This document shows, one piece after another, positions 42,299 to 54,890 of a stretch of DNA of 64,000 bases (within the stretch, counting starts at the first letter, position 1; each line of letters starts with the position of its first letter). Position numbers and translations under genes: made by a program. This DNA is from Trypanosoma brucei. Taxonomy: Eukaryota. The notes under the pieces are model-generated. The model was not told the origin of the DNA. It did not search any database and worked only from the letters and a program-made list of their open reading frames with translations. The stretch covers positions 320,001 to 384,000 of the forward strand of contig CH464491.1 in NCBI GenBank assembly GCA_000002445.1. The letters are read 5' to 3'.

Positions 42299-43593
42299 AA
42301 TTGGTGAAAGAATACTCAACAACGGCACTAATAATTGTGATGAAAAATAATGGTAATAACAACGGTAATAATAACGGGTGAGGAGAAGGAGACAAGGAGT
42401 ATGATAGTTTTATATATTTTAATATGCAGAAAACTTTTGCGTGCGTGCGTGTGTGTGTGTAGAGGGGGGTGGGAGGAGCGGTTACATGCGGGGGAAATAC
42501 TTTCAGTGGCCGAGACCAGATTTTACTGGCCGGAAAACATACCAAATTCACTACTGTGCTCAGTTTATTATTGCGAATAGCTTATAGGAGCTACCTTCAC
42601 ATTTCTACAATGCGTTACTGTGAAGTACGGTGCAGGTCTCTGCGATTGCATTACGACCAAACAGAAGCTGAGAAGGGAGGAAACGCGGGCTATATTATGG
42701 TAGACATTTACAATCATGGAGTAAGCACTAATGACGAACACACATCCCAATGCCCTTTTTGATTTTGCGGGTCTGCTTTTATCTTATTTCTTAGTTGTTT
42801 ATGCCTTTAGTATACACCAAACATAAGTGTGCCACCGATGTAAAAGTCGTGATAATCCTTCATACACCACACATTTTTTCATGTGTTCACGTGATTTTAG
42901 GGCTTCTTCCTCCCTTCTTCTTTGGCTGCTGATGATGGCGGTGAAAAATCATTTTGGGGTGACAGACGGAACAGGTTCTGTTGTAATTGCGGTTCTTAGG
43001 GATATATAAATGTGTAGAATAAAAGCAGTGCTAGGGCACCAGGGGTTCCTTTTTTCTGAGTTTTTTGTGCTGATGTTTGTCGTGGAAGCTTCTTTCTTTT
43101 TTATGTTACACTGGATCTCCTCATTTACGCATTCGAGTAATTTATTTTCTGCCATTTGTATGTGCGTATACGCTTTTTAATTTTGTTTCTGTTCAATGTT
43201 TGTGGTTGTTTTTTTTTTTTAGGATGTTGAGTATTCATCAGTGTGTTCTCGACTTTACGGTTCCGCGTTACGCATCATAATGGGAAATGAAAGAAGGTCA
43301 AGGGGGGGGAGTTATATATATATATATATATATATACCATCTGCGTTGTTTGTTGACCCTTATTTTCCATGTTATTTCCCTTTTCTTATTTGTCTTTTTC
43401 CCTCTCCTTTTACCATTGTGCTCTTCCATGTCCCGTATTTTCTTTTTCCCCCCCCCATTGGGGTGCGATGGGAAACAAACAAACAAACAAAAAGATACTA
43501 GCAGCAACAGACGGCGGTAACCAGCCTCGGTTGAGGAATACAATAAAAGAAAAAAAAGATCTTGTAGCGTCGGCATAGGAGAAGTAACGAGAG

Positions 43594-44103
43594 ATGACAA
43601 AATATGAGCTGAAGATGCAGTACTTTGACGAATGGATGATTCGCTGGCGCAAGTTCCAAACCGAATCGGATTGGGAAATTGAAAAGGGCCGTCAGTGGTG
43701 GCGCCGATTCAACATGGCAGTATCCGGTGCATTGTTTTGTGGTCTTGTGCTTTACACATCGGGAACAGCGACGCTGAAACGGCAGTACGGCCTCCCACAC
43801 TTCTTCGATATCGGAGTGGACGGTCAAGCAAAGGAAACAATGCTGAAAACTCTCACCTCCCGCTGGCGTTACACACCACAGGGTTATGGCCGAGTGCTGA
43901 TTACCGGCGTACCGACGTATATCCTCTTCGTGTCTTTGGAACATTACCGCGAGCGACGCCGCATGCAGCAATACTTGCAGCAGAACACGGTTTTTGGTGA
44001 GCAGATGCGGCGGTTGCTCAGTACTGGAAAGATTGAGGAGTACCTTCCAGTTAACATCAAAGCCACTTTACCAGCTTCTCAGCAGGCCATCTACAATTAT
44101 TAG
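43594..44103 (+). CDS. Small hypothetical protein (169 aa) with one predicted TM helix.
   Basis: ATG ORF with the hydrophobic segment MAVSGALFCGLVLYTSGTA and a W/R-rich N-terminus. (GGT)7 and (GT)11 microsatellites lie immediately downstream. Confidence 0.4.
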   Translation: MTKYELKMQYFDEWMIRWRKFQTESDWEIEKGRQWWRRFNMAVSGALFCGLVLYTSGTATLKRQYGLPHFFDIGVDGQAKETMLKTLTSRWRYTPQGYGRVLITGVPTYILFVSLEHYRERRRMQQYLQQNTVFGEQMRRLLSTGKIEEYLPVNIKATLPASQQAIYNY

Positions 44104-45900
44104 TGGCGGTGGTGGTGGTGGTGGTCGTTGCACGTTTAATGAGGTGTGTGTGTGTGTGTGTGTGTGGGAGGAAGGGGAATCCGTCAAGTAGCGATTTCAT
44201 TTATTTAAGTATGATACATGTGTTGGATTCGATGTGTCGGTGTCTTTTGTAGGATTGTTATAGCAAGGAGATGTGCAGTAGGGGGGTGACAAGCGTTTGT
44301 GAGAGTCGGTGACATAAAACGAACAGAGTTTGGGGGAATTCATTCTTCTCTCTAGTATGCGCTTTAGTTTGTTGTATGTCACAACGGAGCGGAACTTTGT
44401 GACGTTGGGGATATGTCCTTTATTTTTCTCTTCTACCCTTCTTAGTTTTTTTGTTATTGTGATTATATTTGTGATGTGCCCTGCTTAACTGACGGAGGAG
44501 TCAGAACCCTACATGTTTACTTTTTTCTATTCTCTTTTTTAACTCATGATCTCTGCAGTGTTTTCACAATCTCTCACTTAGGTTTTTTTTTTTAGCATCG
44601 TATGTCAACAACAATACCTGCAGTTACTGCGAGTGTGAGTGTTTGGTGAGAAACATCAAGGAAGAAGCTTAAGGGAATGAAGCAGTGGCTTAGGATAATT
44701 TTATGCTTGAAAAAGAGAAGAGAGAAAATGAGAAAATCTCGCACACAGAAGCGGAAAGACATAGGTGGGGTCAATGATTAACTATTTTTTACACCGTAGG
44801 GTAGAGGCTTATGAAAAGGTGAAAATAGTTCCAACATGACTCATTTTACCAATGGAGCAACAACAGTTGGGTTTCCCCAAGAAGCGTTCTCTAATGTATT
44901 ATATTTGCGGATAGTAACAATTGCTCGTGACAGAAAATGATTTGCCGCTTCTAACTGTATACCTGCTTACGGAGGGGTGTTGCATGGGGGTTAATATTAC
45001 TTCTTTTTCTTTTTTTTAAAAAAATATATATGTATGCATATACATATGTGTAAGTTTGCGTGCGTGTATTTCCCCTCCCCTGAAAGTAACTACATCGTGA
45101 CTCTCTGTTTGGTGTTATGTTAGCAACCGTTTCATTCATATAAATTCTACTGTACGCCATTCCTCCTCCTCCCCCCCTCCCAGATTTGTTGAGGTCGGCT
45201 CCCTTTTGCTGTCGGTAAGTTATCCATTGTATATGTTGTTTTATTGTTTTTGTTTCTTATCCTCTCTTCTTTCTTTTTTTTGTGTGTGTGTATGTGTGTT
45301 GACGTTGCGCAATCGCACACGTACAATTTGACCATCTCGTTTAATCGATTAAAATAGGTAGCCTGGGAGCATCCCAAAAATAGCTAACACTTGCTCGGTT
45401 ATCATCGAAGGAGACTTCGTTGTTTTACTTTTTTTTTTTTCGTGCGCGTTCTTCGGTCCTATTTGGTTGGGCGACGTTTACGGAGAGTTTGGTGTTGAGA
45501 AAAGGGATATATACGTACAATTTTCTCTTTTGTGTTCACGTTCGTGTGGTTGGTCTACAATCTGCGGAAGGTAGCGCAAAAAAAAGGAGGGTTTATCATT
45601 TTCACTGCACTTAACACCGGCAGCATCGCAGGCGCTTGTGAAAAGGGGTTTACAACGCTATAGACTGTTTGGTTTAACGGTTTACGTGAAGAAACAAAAT
45701 AAAAAGTACAAAAAAAACCAGCGGTTTGTAGGTGTTGCCGTTGAACAAAGGAAAGGAAGTAAAGAGTGAAGGAAGGAAGAATAGCAAGGGTTTCGGCTAC
45801 CGTCAACAAACTCCTTACAATTAAAGAAATAAAGAAAGAGAGAGTGCGAGAGAAAGAAAGAGAAAAGGGGTCTAAAATCAGCACAGTTAAAATAAGAGTG

Positions 45901-46710
45901 ATGAGGCCAACAGGAGAGTCTGAGAAGTTTATAACACTTCCAACCGCCTCGCGGGTACTTCCCACGGGAGGAAGCCCTGCTGATGGCGGTCAGAGGTTGC
46001 AAACTACTATGGGCATAGTATCCCACGGCGCTCAACAGCAAAGGCACAACTCCCAGAACAATGTTACATGGAGGTTGGGAGTAGATGATAGCGTGGAGTC
46101 AAACGGCCTGAATGTTCATGTCCGTGTGCGCGACAGCCGTACTCCAACGCCATTTACTTCCATGTTTGTATCGAGCAGTAGCTCCTCGCCCCTGACAGCT
46201 CGAAGCATGTCCGGATATCAGGAGGAAGAAACATCTCCATATTCCATCAGCGGTGCTGAATACTTGTCTGCTGGTGAACACATAGCACACACAGCACTAA
46301 GTGGGAAATGCAGTTTTTTTTCCTTTCCGGAAGGTTTGCCATCCTTTCGGCCGCCGTCAGTTCCCGCCGAGCGCACCCACAAATTGTTTATTGGACAGCT
46401 ACGCTTTGAAATGTCGCTGGAGGCGCTCGTCTGGTTCCTGCACGAAACCATCAATGTTAATGTGTGCAACATTGAGAAGCGTGGTTGTGGCTGCGCAATT
46501 ATTTCACTGTCGAGTGAGGCGGACCGTGAGGCCGTATTGCAGCTGAAGGAACGGCTCCTCGTTGACATTGGCGGTATGTGGTATGCACGGAGCGATGAGG
46601 AGTGCTGTAACCTCCACAACTACATTGATTGCAGCGTTGCACATATTCCACGACCGCAGAAAGTTCCTCAGCGGCTAGTGGTAATTGAGGAGGCCCGGAC
46701 GGGCAGATAA
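45901..46710 (+). CDS. RNA-recognition-motif (RRM) containing RNA-binding protein.
   Basis: It has an RNP2-like KLFIGQL and a beta-alpha-beta pattern ...LEALVWFLHETINVNVCNIEKRGCGCAIISLSSEADREAVLQ. The first ATG is 45901. The ORF-track GTG start at 45766 lies in purine-rich UTR-like sequence. Confidence 0.5.
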   Translation: MRPTGESEKFITLPTASRVLPTGGSPADGGQRLQTTMGIVSHGAQQQRHNSQNNVTWRLGVDDSVESNGLNVHVRVRDSRTPTPFTSMFVSSSSSSPLTARSMSGYQEEETSPYSISGAEYLSAGEHIAHTALSGKCSFFSFPEGLPSFRPPSVPAERTHKLFIGQLRFEMSLEALVWFLHETINVNVCNIEKRGCGCAIISLSSEADREAVLQLKERLLVDIGGMWYARSDEECCNLHNYIDCSVAHIPRPQKVPQRLVVIEEARTGR

Positions 46711-49700
46711 GTCCGTCTGTCCTGCGCATGCATGTGTGTCCTTTTTGTATTTAATCTTTTATATTTCCCACCTTTTCTCGTCCCATTTTTTGACTTGTTT
46801 TTTGTTCACTTTTGGGTGGATGGGAGTGCAAAAACTGGGGCGTTGCGATACATGAGGTCAACGAAGGTGAGGAAATGTAGTGGACGCGCATGTTGCGTTG
46901 TGCTGTAGAGACAGGGAGTTTTTTTTTTTTTAATTGTAAATAAAAACACCGACGGAAGACAGATTGTTAGTATATTTGGGCAAATTTTGTTCGGTAGTGA
47001 TAGCTAACGATAACGACAGAAGTTACTCACCATTAACGGAAACCGAAATGGGCACAAACGGCAAATATGATGAATGAAAATATCGGAAAAGAATAACAGT
47101 GGGAAGATACAAATCAATAAAGACAACTTCACAACATAAAAGGGCGGTAAAGCATAAGAGGTCAACACCTTTTCGGGTGTTTATTCATTCATTTATTTAT
47201 TCATTTATTAGTCGTTATCAATTTTGAATATCAATAACGATAAAGTGATAATAATAACTTTTAAGGGACGTTTCATTTAATTTAACTCCATTTCTTTTTT
47301 ACTTGTATGTGTGTATATTTTGAGTGTATGTGCATCAGCGACACAATTTCGTTTTGGTCGTTTTTATGACTAGAAGATTTTATGGGAAGGTGATGCAACC
47401 TTTCTTCTTCCTTTTCTTTCCCTTCCCTTCCCTTTCCTTCCCTTCCCTTTTTTTTTAAAAAGAAAATTGACTGTTTCCTGTGGAAAGTGCGTTACCGAAA
47501 GAAGCTTCTGCAGGAACATTTTGGGGTTTTATAATTAAAATAAAAAAAATATTAAAAAATAAAATAATGATAATAATGAAATAACAACAGTAATGAGGAG
47601 AAAGAACTGGGAAAACCGGGTTCGATGGTGACGAAGAAATTCTTTCAAAAGGATTCCGTTACCTTTTTCTCTTCAAATTAAATAACAACAACGGCAGCGA
47701 CAAAAACAAAAAACGGAGTGAAAAGGAATAAAAATATCATAATGAAGAGCGTCACTGGAACCTCCAACGGAGTAATTCCGTTTCCTCCGGCAGTTTTCAA
47801 CATCACGATTTAGTCGGATAATCACGGTAATTTTTTTTAAAAACCTTTTTTTTATTTTTGAAAAGGAATATGTATATAAACATGTGTATTCAAATATATT
47901 TAAATCTAAAAGCGGTAGACACACAAACACAAACATATAACATTTATTTATATAATATGAATGGGTTTGTTTGCATGTGTGACTGCATATTGTAAATATT
48001 CGTCACTATCATAGAAAAAAAACAAGATTGTACATGTATGATTATATGTAAAACATAAATTATAGACCCAATCGACGCACACTTTTTCTTTTGTTTTCCT
48101 TTTATTGAAACTTCACCAATATTGACGATGCACCGGAGGAAAAAAAAAAGGAAAAGAAATACCGTTGGTTATTATTATTATTATTATTATTTAAATTTAA
48201 AAAGAGAACATTTTTTTTTTTGTGCCTCGCTTTTCCACCGCCCTTTTCATGTTTTTATTTTCCCCCTCTCACCCTTAACACCTGAAAAAAAAAGCCGTTA
48301 TTTCAAAGCCCGCTTTCTTCCTTAAATTAATTAAACTCTCGAAATTGCACCTCTACCTGTGTCCTTGTCCACGAAATTAACAGCAGTTTTTAATTTTCTT
48401 TTTCCTCCTTAATTTTATCCCAACATTTTTTTTAATAACCTTTTTTAATTTCCTTTTCTTTTTACCTTCCAATCCTCACTTTACTTTCTCTTTTTTTTGT
48501 TTTGTTTTCATTTTTGTCACACTGCCCGCACCCACCCACCCCCTCCACTCCAATAAGCAAACACACACATATATTTATATATATTTATATATATATTTAT
48601 TTATATGAAGAAAGAAAGAAAGAAAAAAATGCGTTTACTCAACACTGTTTAAAAAACACCTCTTTTATTTCTCCTTTTTTTACTTTTAGTTTTGCATTTG
48701 TTTTATTGTGCATACGCCGTTTTTTTTTTTTGTTGGCATTGTTGTAGTGTTCCGTCGCCCGCCCACAATGTTCATTGTTTTGTTTTGTTTCTGGTCAGGT
48801 TAGAGAGAAAAGGGTGACACCTCAAGCAAAAAAAAATGGTGAAGGAAAGTTAATTATTTAATAAAAGAGTTGGGGAATCGAGAATGCATAACAGGTCGCA
48901 GCATCACATTGCCCGTCCTTTTTTTTTCCTCTTTCTCTCCACTACTTTCTTTCTTATTACAATATTAATAATTATTATTATTACTTCCCCCTTTTAAATA
49001 TTTAAATATTTTTTTCCCCTTCTGGTGTTGTTCCACCGCATCACACGCCTCAAAAACATCTTCGCTTTAACTCATGCTAACAATTTAAAGCAGCGAAAAA
49101 TGATTGAATAATTAGCGACAGCATTTATTCAATAATTTTTGCTTGTTTGCTCTTTACAGCTGATGGAATGAAATGGCTCAGGGGCAAAAGTTGCAGCTTT
49201 TATAATAAAGGCGACGATGGTGTGATGGTGGAGTCATATATATATATATATATTTATTTATTTATTTATTTATATATTTATATATTTATATTTATTTCAT
49301 TTGCCTGCATTTTCACACCTGTTTTTTTTTGAATTGTGTGTGTGTGTGTACATGTGCATGCATATTTTGTTTCAATTTTTCATGTATCTTCCTTTCCTAT
49401 TTTTTTATATTTTTCTTTATATATATATATATATTTATTCAACCATTCATATACACACCACTTGACACTATCACGTTTGTCTCTGTGTGTTCTTTTTTTT
49501 TTGAAAAAAAAATAATTTCCCATATATATACGTCTTCTATATATCCACGTTTGTGCGCTTATCTATACATGTATATATATACATCTATATGCATCTGTAT
49601 TTGATTTTTGATTGATTTGACTGAACTGCGGGCGGCGGAATCGTAAAAGAAAAAAAGAATGAGGCATTGATTTTTTTTTTTTGAAAAAGCAAATATGTAG

Positions 49701-51261
49701 AGAAGGCGGACACAAATGTACAAACGTGAAACAAATCAGCAACTTAAAAGTTAAAAGGAGAAAAGTGAAAAAAATAAAATAAGGTATGATACATTGAGTG
49801 ATATGAGGTGTCTTTTTTTTTTTTACTTAGAGGGTACAGTGTGCACCATTTTTTCTTTCTTTCTTTTTTTGTTATTGAGGTGTGGTTGGGGGGGAAACAG
49901 AAACTTTTTTTTTAAAAAAGGAGAATCAATTTTTAATTTTATTTTTACCTTCACACAAATAACTTTTTTTAAAAAAATATGTTTTTCTCTTGATTCCCTA
50001 CCCACCGTTACGGTACTGGATTTCTTTACTTTCTTTTTTTCATCAATGTTTATATTTATTACTTGTGCTTTTTTTTTTTTCGTAAAAAAAAGGATTAAAA
50101 ATTTTTTTTAATTATATACCCCTATCTTTCATTTTATTATTGTAAATTGTATACACCATGTTAATTATTTATCTGAAATGAGTGAAAAGGTGACAAATGT
50201 AAAAAAAAAACAGCAAAGTGTGGCAGCCCTGTTTCGCTTGAAGTTTACTTTGAATGTAGTTGGGCGCTTCCCTTTATTAATATTGTTAATTATTTTTATT
50301 TTGTTATGCTTTATTTTACTTTGTTTTTATTTCATTTTTTTTTCTATTCACTGGGTTTTCACTTTGTTGCCTTTTCCTCTTCGTCACTGCCGTTGCCGTT
50401 GCTCCTATCGCTCCTCACTGGTGTGGTATCTTTTTGTTTGATTCCCTTTCTCTTCTTCTCTTTTTTTTTCTTCCTCTTTATCCCTCTACTATATTACGTT
50501 ATATTTTAAAATATCCCTCATGTATGATTAGATGGAGACAAGGGAAAAGAAAGAAAGAACGAAACCTCCTTTACTCGTGTATGCATTATAATACGGCATA
50601 TGTCATATTATTCTCTTTTTTAAAAAAAAAAACATATTCGTATAGGAGTAGTGCACACTTTATGTTGTTAGGTAGAGGCAAAGATATAAATGTATAATAC
50701 ATGCATATATATATATATATATATTGTGCATCTAAAAGGCGGAAGGAAACGAAAGAGAGCGTTGTTGCGATATGTTTCTTCAGTTATTTGTGTTGCTGGT
50801 GGTGGTGCGTGAGCGAGAAAATAATTAGAATTCGCGTATTAGATGAATTACCGGAGGTTTCCGCTCCCACCACCAAAAAAAATAATATAAGTACGGCGTG
50901 ATTCACCGGAGACGTTGCCGTTCATCTTATTTTTTGAGGAGACATGAAAGAAAAAAAGAGAAAGAACGAAGGAGTCTGTGGGCCAACCAGCTACTCGGGG
51001 TTTTTGGAGTGATACATCGTGTCGTTGTGTTTCATAGAATGTTGGTGCCTTTTTTTTTAAAAAAAAATCGAATAATACGATTTGGACGATCCCTTTAATG
51101 TTTTTGTGTGTTGTATTCACCTGTACCCAGTCAAATGCAGTGCGTCGTGTATCGTCTTTTCTCCCCATACCTCTGAAACGATTGTTTGCTCATACAGACA
51201 CACACACACACAAAAAAAAAGGCCGGAGCCACGATAAATTATACACGTGCATGCTGGAATA
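46711..51261 (+). other. ~4.5 kb gene-free AT-rich tract, probably a very long 3'UTR/intergenic region. It contains AUUUA-type AU-rich elements and many microsatellites.
   Basis: No ORF above 105 aa on either strand, and all ORFs are low complexity. UAUUUAUUUAUUUAUUUAUAUAUUUAUAUAUUUAUAUUUAUUU lies at 49247-49295. ATTTA clusters sit at 47170-47210. (TTCCC)n is at 47400-47450 and TnAn tracts are present. Confidence 0.6.
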
Positions 51262-52458
51262 ATGAAATTGTCACAACGGTTCCTATCAAACACTTTAGCG
51301 GAGGCCGGCACGCTTCCTTCCCGTGGGACGAGCCATTCTGAAGCAATACGGCAGTTGATCATGTCTACATTTCCTACAGCAACCATCTCATTTATCACCA
51401 CAGGTTCTAATGGTGCTCACAGTGCCAACGTTACTGATACTACCGCTAGTGTCACTAATGCAGGAACCTGCGCAGAAGAGGACGAAAAACTTATGGAACA
51501 ATTACGTATGAAGGACCAGGAGTCCAAACAATCGGTAGGATGCAGTGAATCACTCGGAGCTCGGCGTGGGCCCTTCACAGATTGCTGCTCACCTCAAGGA
51601 GTTGCGGAGTGGCAACGTTTGCATCAGTTGTTCCCAGCAGAAGCTTTCGTAAATGCTCCACAACCCTGTTGGACTCCACATGCTGTAGTTTACATTGGTG
51701 GATTTGAAGCCCCCGACTTGCGCCGTACAGTTGCACCGCGACTTTTCGAAAAGGTGCCCGCCTTCGTAACGGATAGCGAGCGGGAGCAAACCGTTGGAGG
51801 TCGGACGGCTGTAGGAGGGCGGCAGAAAAATCCCAAGTATGCAACCAAAACACTCCACACGGGACTCCTCATGAGTGAAAAGGGTTGTGCACTGCACGAA
51901 CCAGATTTACTGCAGTTGGCTCTACCACATGTGGGACCATCTGCTATGATACGTACTCGCACATATCTTTCATTTGCTGGTGCGGAGCCTAATGTAACGG
52001 CGTTGAATGGCGCAGTGGACCCGATGCAGCGGGTGGCGCTTCGTCCAGCCTTTGGTTATTCCGCTGCGGCGCTGAGGAACACACTTCCATTTGTTGTCGT
52101 GGGGGCATCTCTGTTACTCCGCCGCTGGAATGCACGATGGTCCTCCACAACTTTGAGTAGCGCCTTTTGGCTTTCTGCAGTTGGTCATGCGGTGGAGAGC
52201 GGACGCATGAGTGAAGCCGGATTGTTAGTGCAGAAGGGAGGCGTGGATGCAAATTCAGTGATGCGGGTGCTGGCAATGGAGGCAAGTTCAATAGCGAAAA
52301 ACTGCCCAGAGGATTGTTGTGTAAACTACTTTTTGCCATCGGAGACATTTGAGTTAGAGAGAGGTTTTGCCGAGTTGATGAATGTTGGACCTCGTCTTCC
52401 CATCGATGATCTAAAGGTATTACCCGTGTACCCTCTTTTGGTGCGTCAAACACGTTAG
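51262..52458 (+). CDS. Hypothetical protein. The N-terminus is presequence-like.
   Basis: ORF from the first ATG (MKLSQRFLSNTLAEAGTLPSRG...), with codon-like composition throughout. The ORF-track start at 51247 is GTG. Confidence 0.5.
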   Translation: MKLSQRFLSNTLAEAGTLPSRGTSHSEAIRQLIMSTFPTATISFITTGSNGAHSANVTDTTASVTNAGTCAEEDEKLMEQLRMKDQESKQSVGCSESLGARRGPFTDCCSPQGVAEWQRLHQLFPAEAFVNAPQPCWTPHAVVYIGGFEAPDLRRTVAPRLFEKVPAFVTDSEREQTVGGRTAVGGRQKNPKYATKTLHTGLLMSEKGCALHEPDLLQLALPHVGPSAMIRTRTYLSFAGAEPNVTALNGAVDPMQRVALRPAFGYSAAALRNTLPFVVVGASLLLRRWNARWSSTTLSSAFWLSAVGHAVESGRMSEAGLLVQKGGVDANSVMRVLAMEASSIAKNCPEDCCVNYFLPSETFELERGFAELMNVGPRLPIDDLKVLPVYPLLVRQTR

Positions 52459-52952
52459 TGTTGTTGTTGTTGCTGTTGTTTTTCTTAGTTATTAGGGGCG
52501 AATGTTTCTCATCCGCCGTCATGAGGATAGAAAGGTATTTATTTTTATAGTTAAGGCCTCCTTTGCGTGTGATGTGTGTCTGTTTGTGTTGTCAAAGCTT
52601 TATCGGCAAATGGGTGGTGGTCTACCCGAGGGAAGGCCTTTTGTTGTTGTTGTTGTTGTTGTCTTATTGGGGAAGAAGTCAGCGCATAGAATTTTTTTTA
52701 AAAGAAAAAATGGTGGCAAATTTGGGTAATATTCTTTTTCTTTCTATTTCTTTAAAAAGAAAAAAACGGTATTATAACAACATCTCGGCTAGAGTATATA
52801 TATATATGTATATTACCTCCAACGTGCCGTCACGTTTTGTGCTTCTTAATCTATATATTTATCTCTCGGTACTGTTTTTTATGCCTTACCCGACAAGTTA
52901 CCATATTGCCCTTTGTCAAGCAACAAAACGCAAAGAACGTGGTTCGTTGAGA

Positions 52953-54035
52953 ATGAATGTTTTTGATTCCAACAGCATGCTCTGTCAAGTTGTTAGCAAT
53001 ATCACAGACCCGGTGGAACTTTTCATCGAACCAGAAATGACTGTGGGTGAGGTGCGTGCATTGGTTGCGGAGATGACAGTTGACTCCAACGATTGGAATG
53101 TTCGTCTCACATTCCAAGGTCACACTTTAGAGGACGACGAGGAGACATGGAGTTCCGTGACTCAGCAGTACCCCGTCGCACAAGGAGTTGCTCCTAAACT
53201 CTTTTCACATGCATCTAAGAAACGAGAAGAAAAGGCGCGACGACCGGTGAGTTTACCTCTGATGGAAGAACAAAAGGATCGACAGCAGGCAAAACTTATG
53301 GAACCGATAATCGACACGTTGGTTAACGATCCAAATTTTTCGGAGATGATGATCTCGGGTCAGCCGTCGCTTCGTCGTTTGATTGATGCGAACCCGGAGG
53401 TGGGGCGCTTGTTCCGGAACCCAGAAACCCTCAAGAGTCTCATTATGTCACAAATCGACCCTGATCAGCGAAGGGCAATGAATCGAAATGTGCAGTTGCA
53501 GTTGGCACAAATTAGCGCGATTCCCGGTGGTGAGCAGCTTCTTGAACGGTATACCAGTGGGCTTATGGACGATATGGACCTAAACTTGGACCTTGTGAGG
53601 AACACAAAGATTAAGGTTCCAGAAGACGAAAAAGATGATAATTCCGAGTCTGTGAGAGGGGTAAATAGCGAAGCCCTTCCAAACCCTTGGAGTCAGTCGA
53701 CTAACACCGCCGACTCGGGTAACACAAACACTTTTAGTAACGCCGCGATGAACCTTTTTGGGATTCCTGGGAATGTGGGCCATCCGAGTTTAGGAAACCT
53801 TTTTGGGTCCGGTTTGGGGGGACCGTTTCCTTTTATGTCTCCCGGCATCTCAATACCCCAAACAGGCGTAACCGCATCGCAACGGGGAGATGACGCCACG
53901 CGGTGGTCTCAGCAACTCGCCATGTTGAAGGATATGGGTTTCATGGATGAAGAGTTGTGTTTGGACGCACTTCGAATGACTAATGGAGATGTGGACATGG
54001 CAGTAAACTTCATTGTGAACAAAGATAGCTCTTGA
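52953..54035 (+). CDS. Ubiquilin/Dsk2-like protein: N-terminal ubiquitin-like domain, STI1-like repeats and a C-terminal UBA domain.
   Basis: The UBL is MNVFDSNSMLCQVVSNITDPVELFIEPEMTVGEVRALVAEM...LTFQGHTLEDDE. The STI1-like repeats include QPSLRRLIDANPEV...FRNPETLKSL. The UBA is WSQQLAMLKDMGFMDEELCLDALRMTNGDVDMAVNFIV. The ORF-track upstream extension (52563-52952) is a translated poly-pyrimidine/(GTT)n tract. Confidence 0.75.
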   Translation: MNVFDSNSMLCQVVSNITDPVELFIEPEMTVGEVRALVAEMTVDSNDWNVRLTFQGHTLEDDEETWSSVTQQYPVAQGVAPKLFSHASKKREEKARRPVSLPLMEEQKDRQQAKLMEPIIDTLVNDPNFSEMMISGQPSLRRLIDANPEVGRLFRNPETLKSLIMSQIDPDQRRAMNRNVQLQLAQISAIPGGEQLLERYTSGLMDDMDLNLDLVRNTKIKVPEDEKDDNSESVRGVNSEALPNPWSQSTNTADSGNTNTFSNAAMNLFGIPGNVGHPSLGNLFGSGLGGPFPFMSPGISIPQTGVTASQRGDDATRWSQQLAMLKDMGFMDEELCLDALRMTNGDVDMAVNFIVNKDSS

Positions 54036-54890
54036 TGTTTCTGTCAAAAAGGAAAAAAAACTTGTCGCACAGAATGGTGGGTGCGGTTGCGCGTGTACGT
54101 TTTCACGAAAGGAGAATTGATGGATGTGGCGTGTAGTTTAGACATATGTGGACGGCCCCGCGGCGGAGGATTTGGGTTTTAAGTGTGTCTCCTTTTCCAT
54201 TTTTAAAAAAAAATTCCAATGCTTTACTTTGGATATATCTGGATGGGGGCACTCTTATATGCTACACCCTTGCGACTTACTTTTCCGTTCATTTACTGTG
54301 GGGTGAGGTTTAAAAAAAAAAACTCGTGTTACTGGAATGGTAAGCGTCGTTTGTTCGTGAACCACATGCTTACATTGGCTATTTAACCTCATTTCATACG
54401 CTCAAGGAGGGGATCAGGGACTTTAATCCACAAGCTTTTGTCACTTTCCCCCTTGTTTTTTGTTTGTATGCACCTTAATGTATGTCTGTCTATTTTCTTT
54501 TTTTCTTCCGAGGTAATATATATATATATATTTTACGTATATATTGGGCACAAACGAACACCTTTTTTTTGCCGGTCAACTTAAAGAATGGGTGGAGCGA
54601 CTTCATCTGAAAGGGGGAATACGAAAAAAAAAAAGGGGGTGTAGCGTTGAGGAACTACTTTCCACTACGGAACGAGCCCTAAAAGAAGGGAAATAGGGAA
54701 GTAATACGCAAAGCACATTTATAAATATTTATATAAAGGGAAAGAGAGCACAGGAGGGCTGTTGGAAACGCAATAAAGCACTTGTGGTACCTCTTCTTTT
54801 TGCGAAAGTGAGGTTACGCTTTGGGTTGCTACTTTTCAGGCGGTAAACTAAGTGATTAGGGTGTGCGTAATTAAAAGTTCCCACCACTTT

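Noticed and set aside
44101-44125. (GGT)7 read as a poly-Gly coding extension (SGGGGGGG).
   Set aside because: It begins after the in-frame TAG of the 43594..44103 ORF and continues into (GT)n, so it is an intergenic microsatellite.
47610-47635. GGGTTCGATGG T-loop-like string in the long gene-free tract.
   Set aside because: The upstream sequence is A-rich with no stem complementarity, so it is not a tRNA.
46711-51261. Possibility of a degenerate retroposon (ingi/RIME/SIDER-like) or hidden gene in the 4.5-kb gap.
   Set aside because: No long ORF remnant, no reverse-transcriptase or endonuclease motifs, and no terminal repeat structure could be seen. The composition is simple-sequence dominated.
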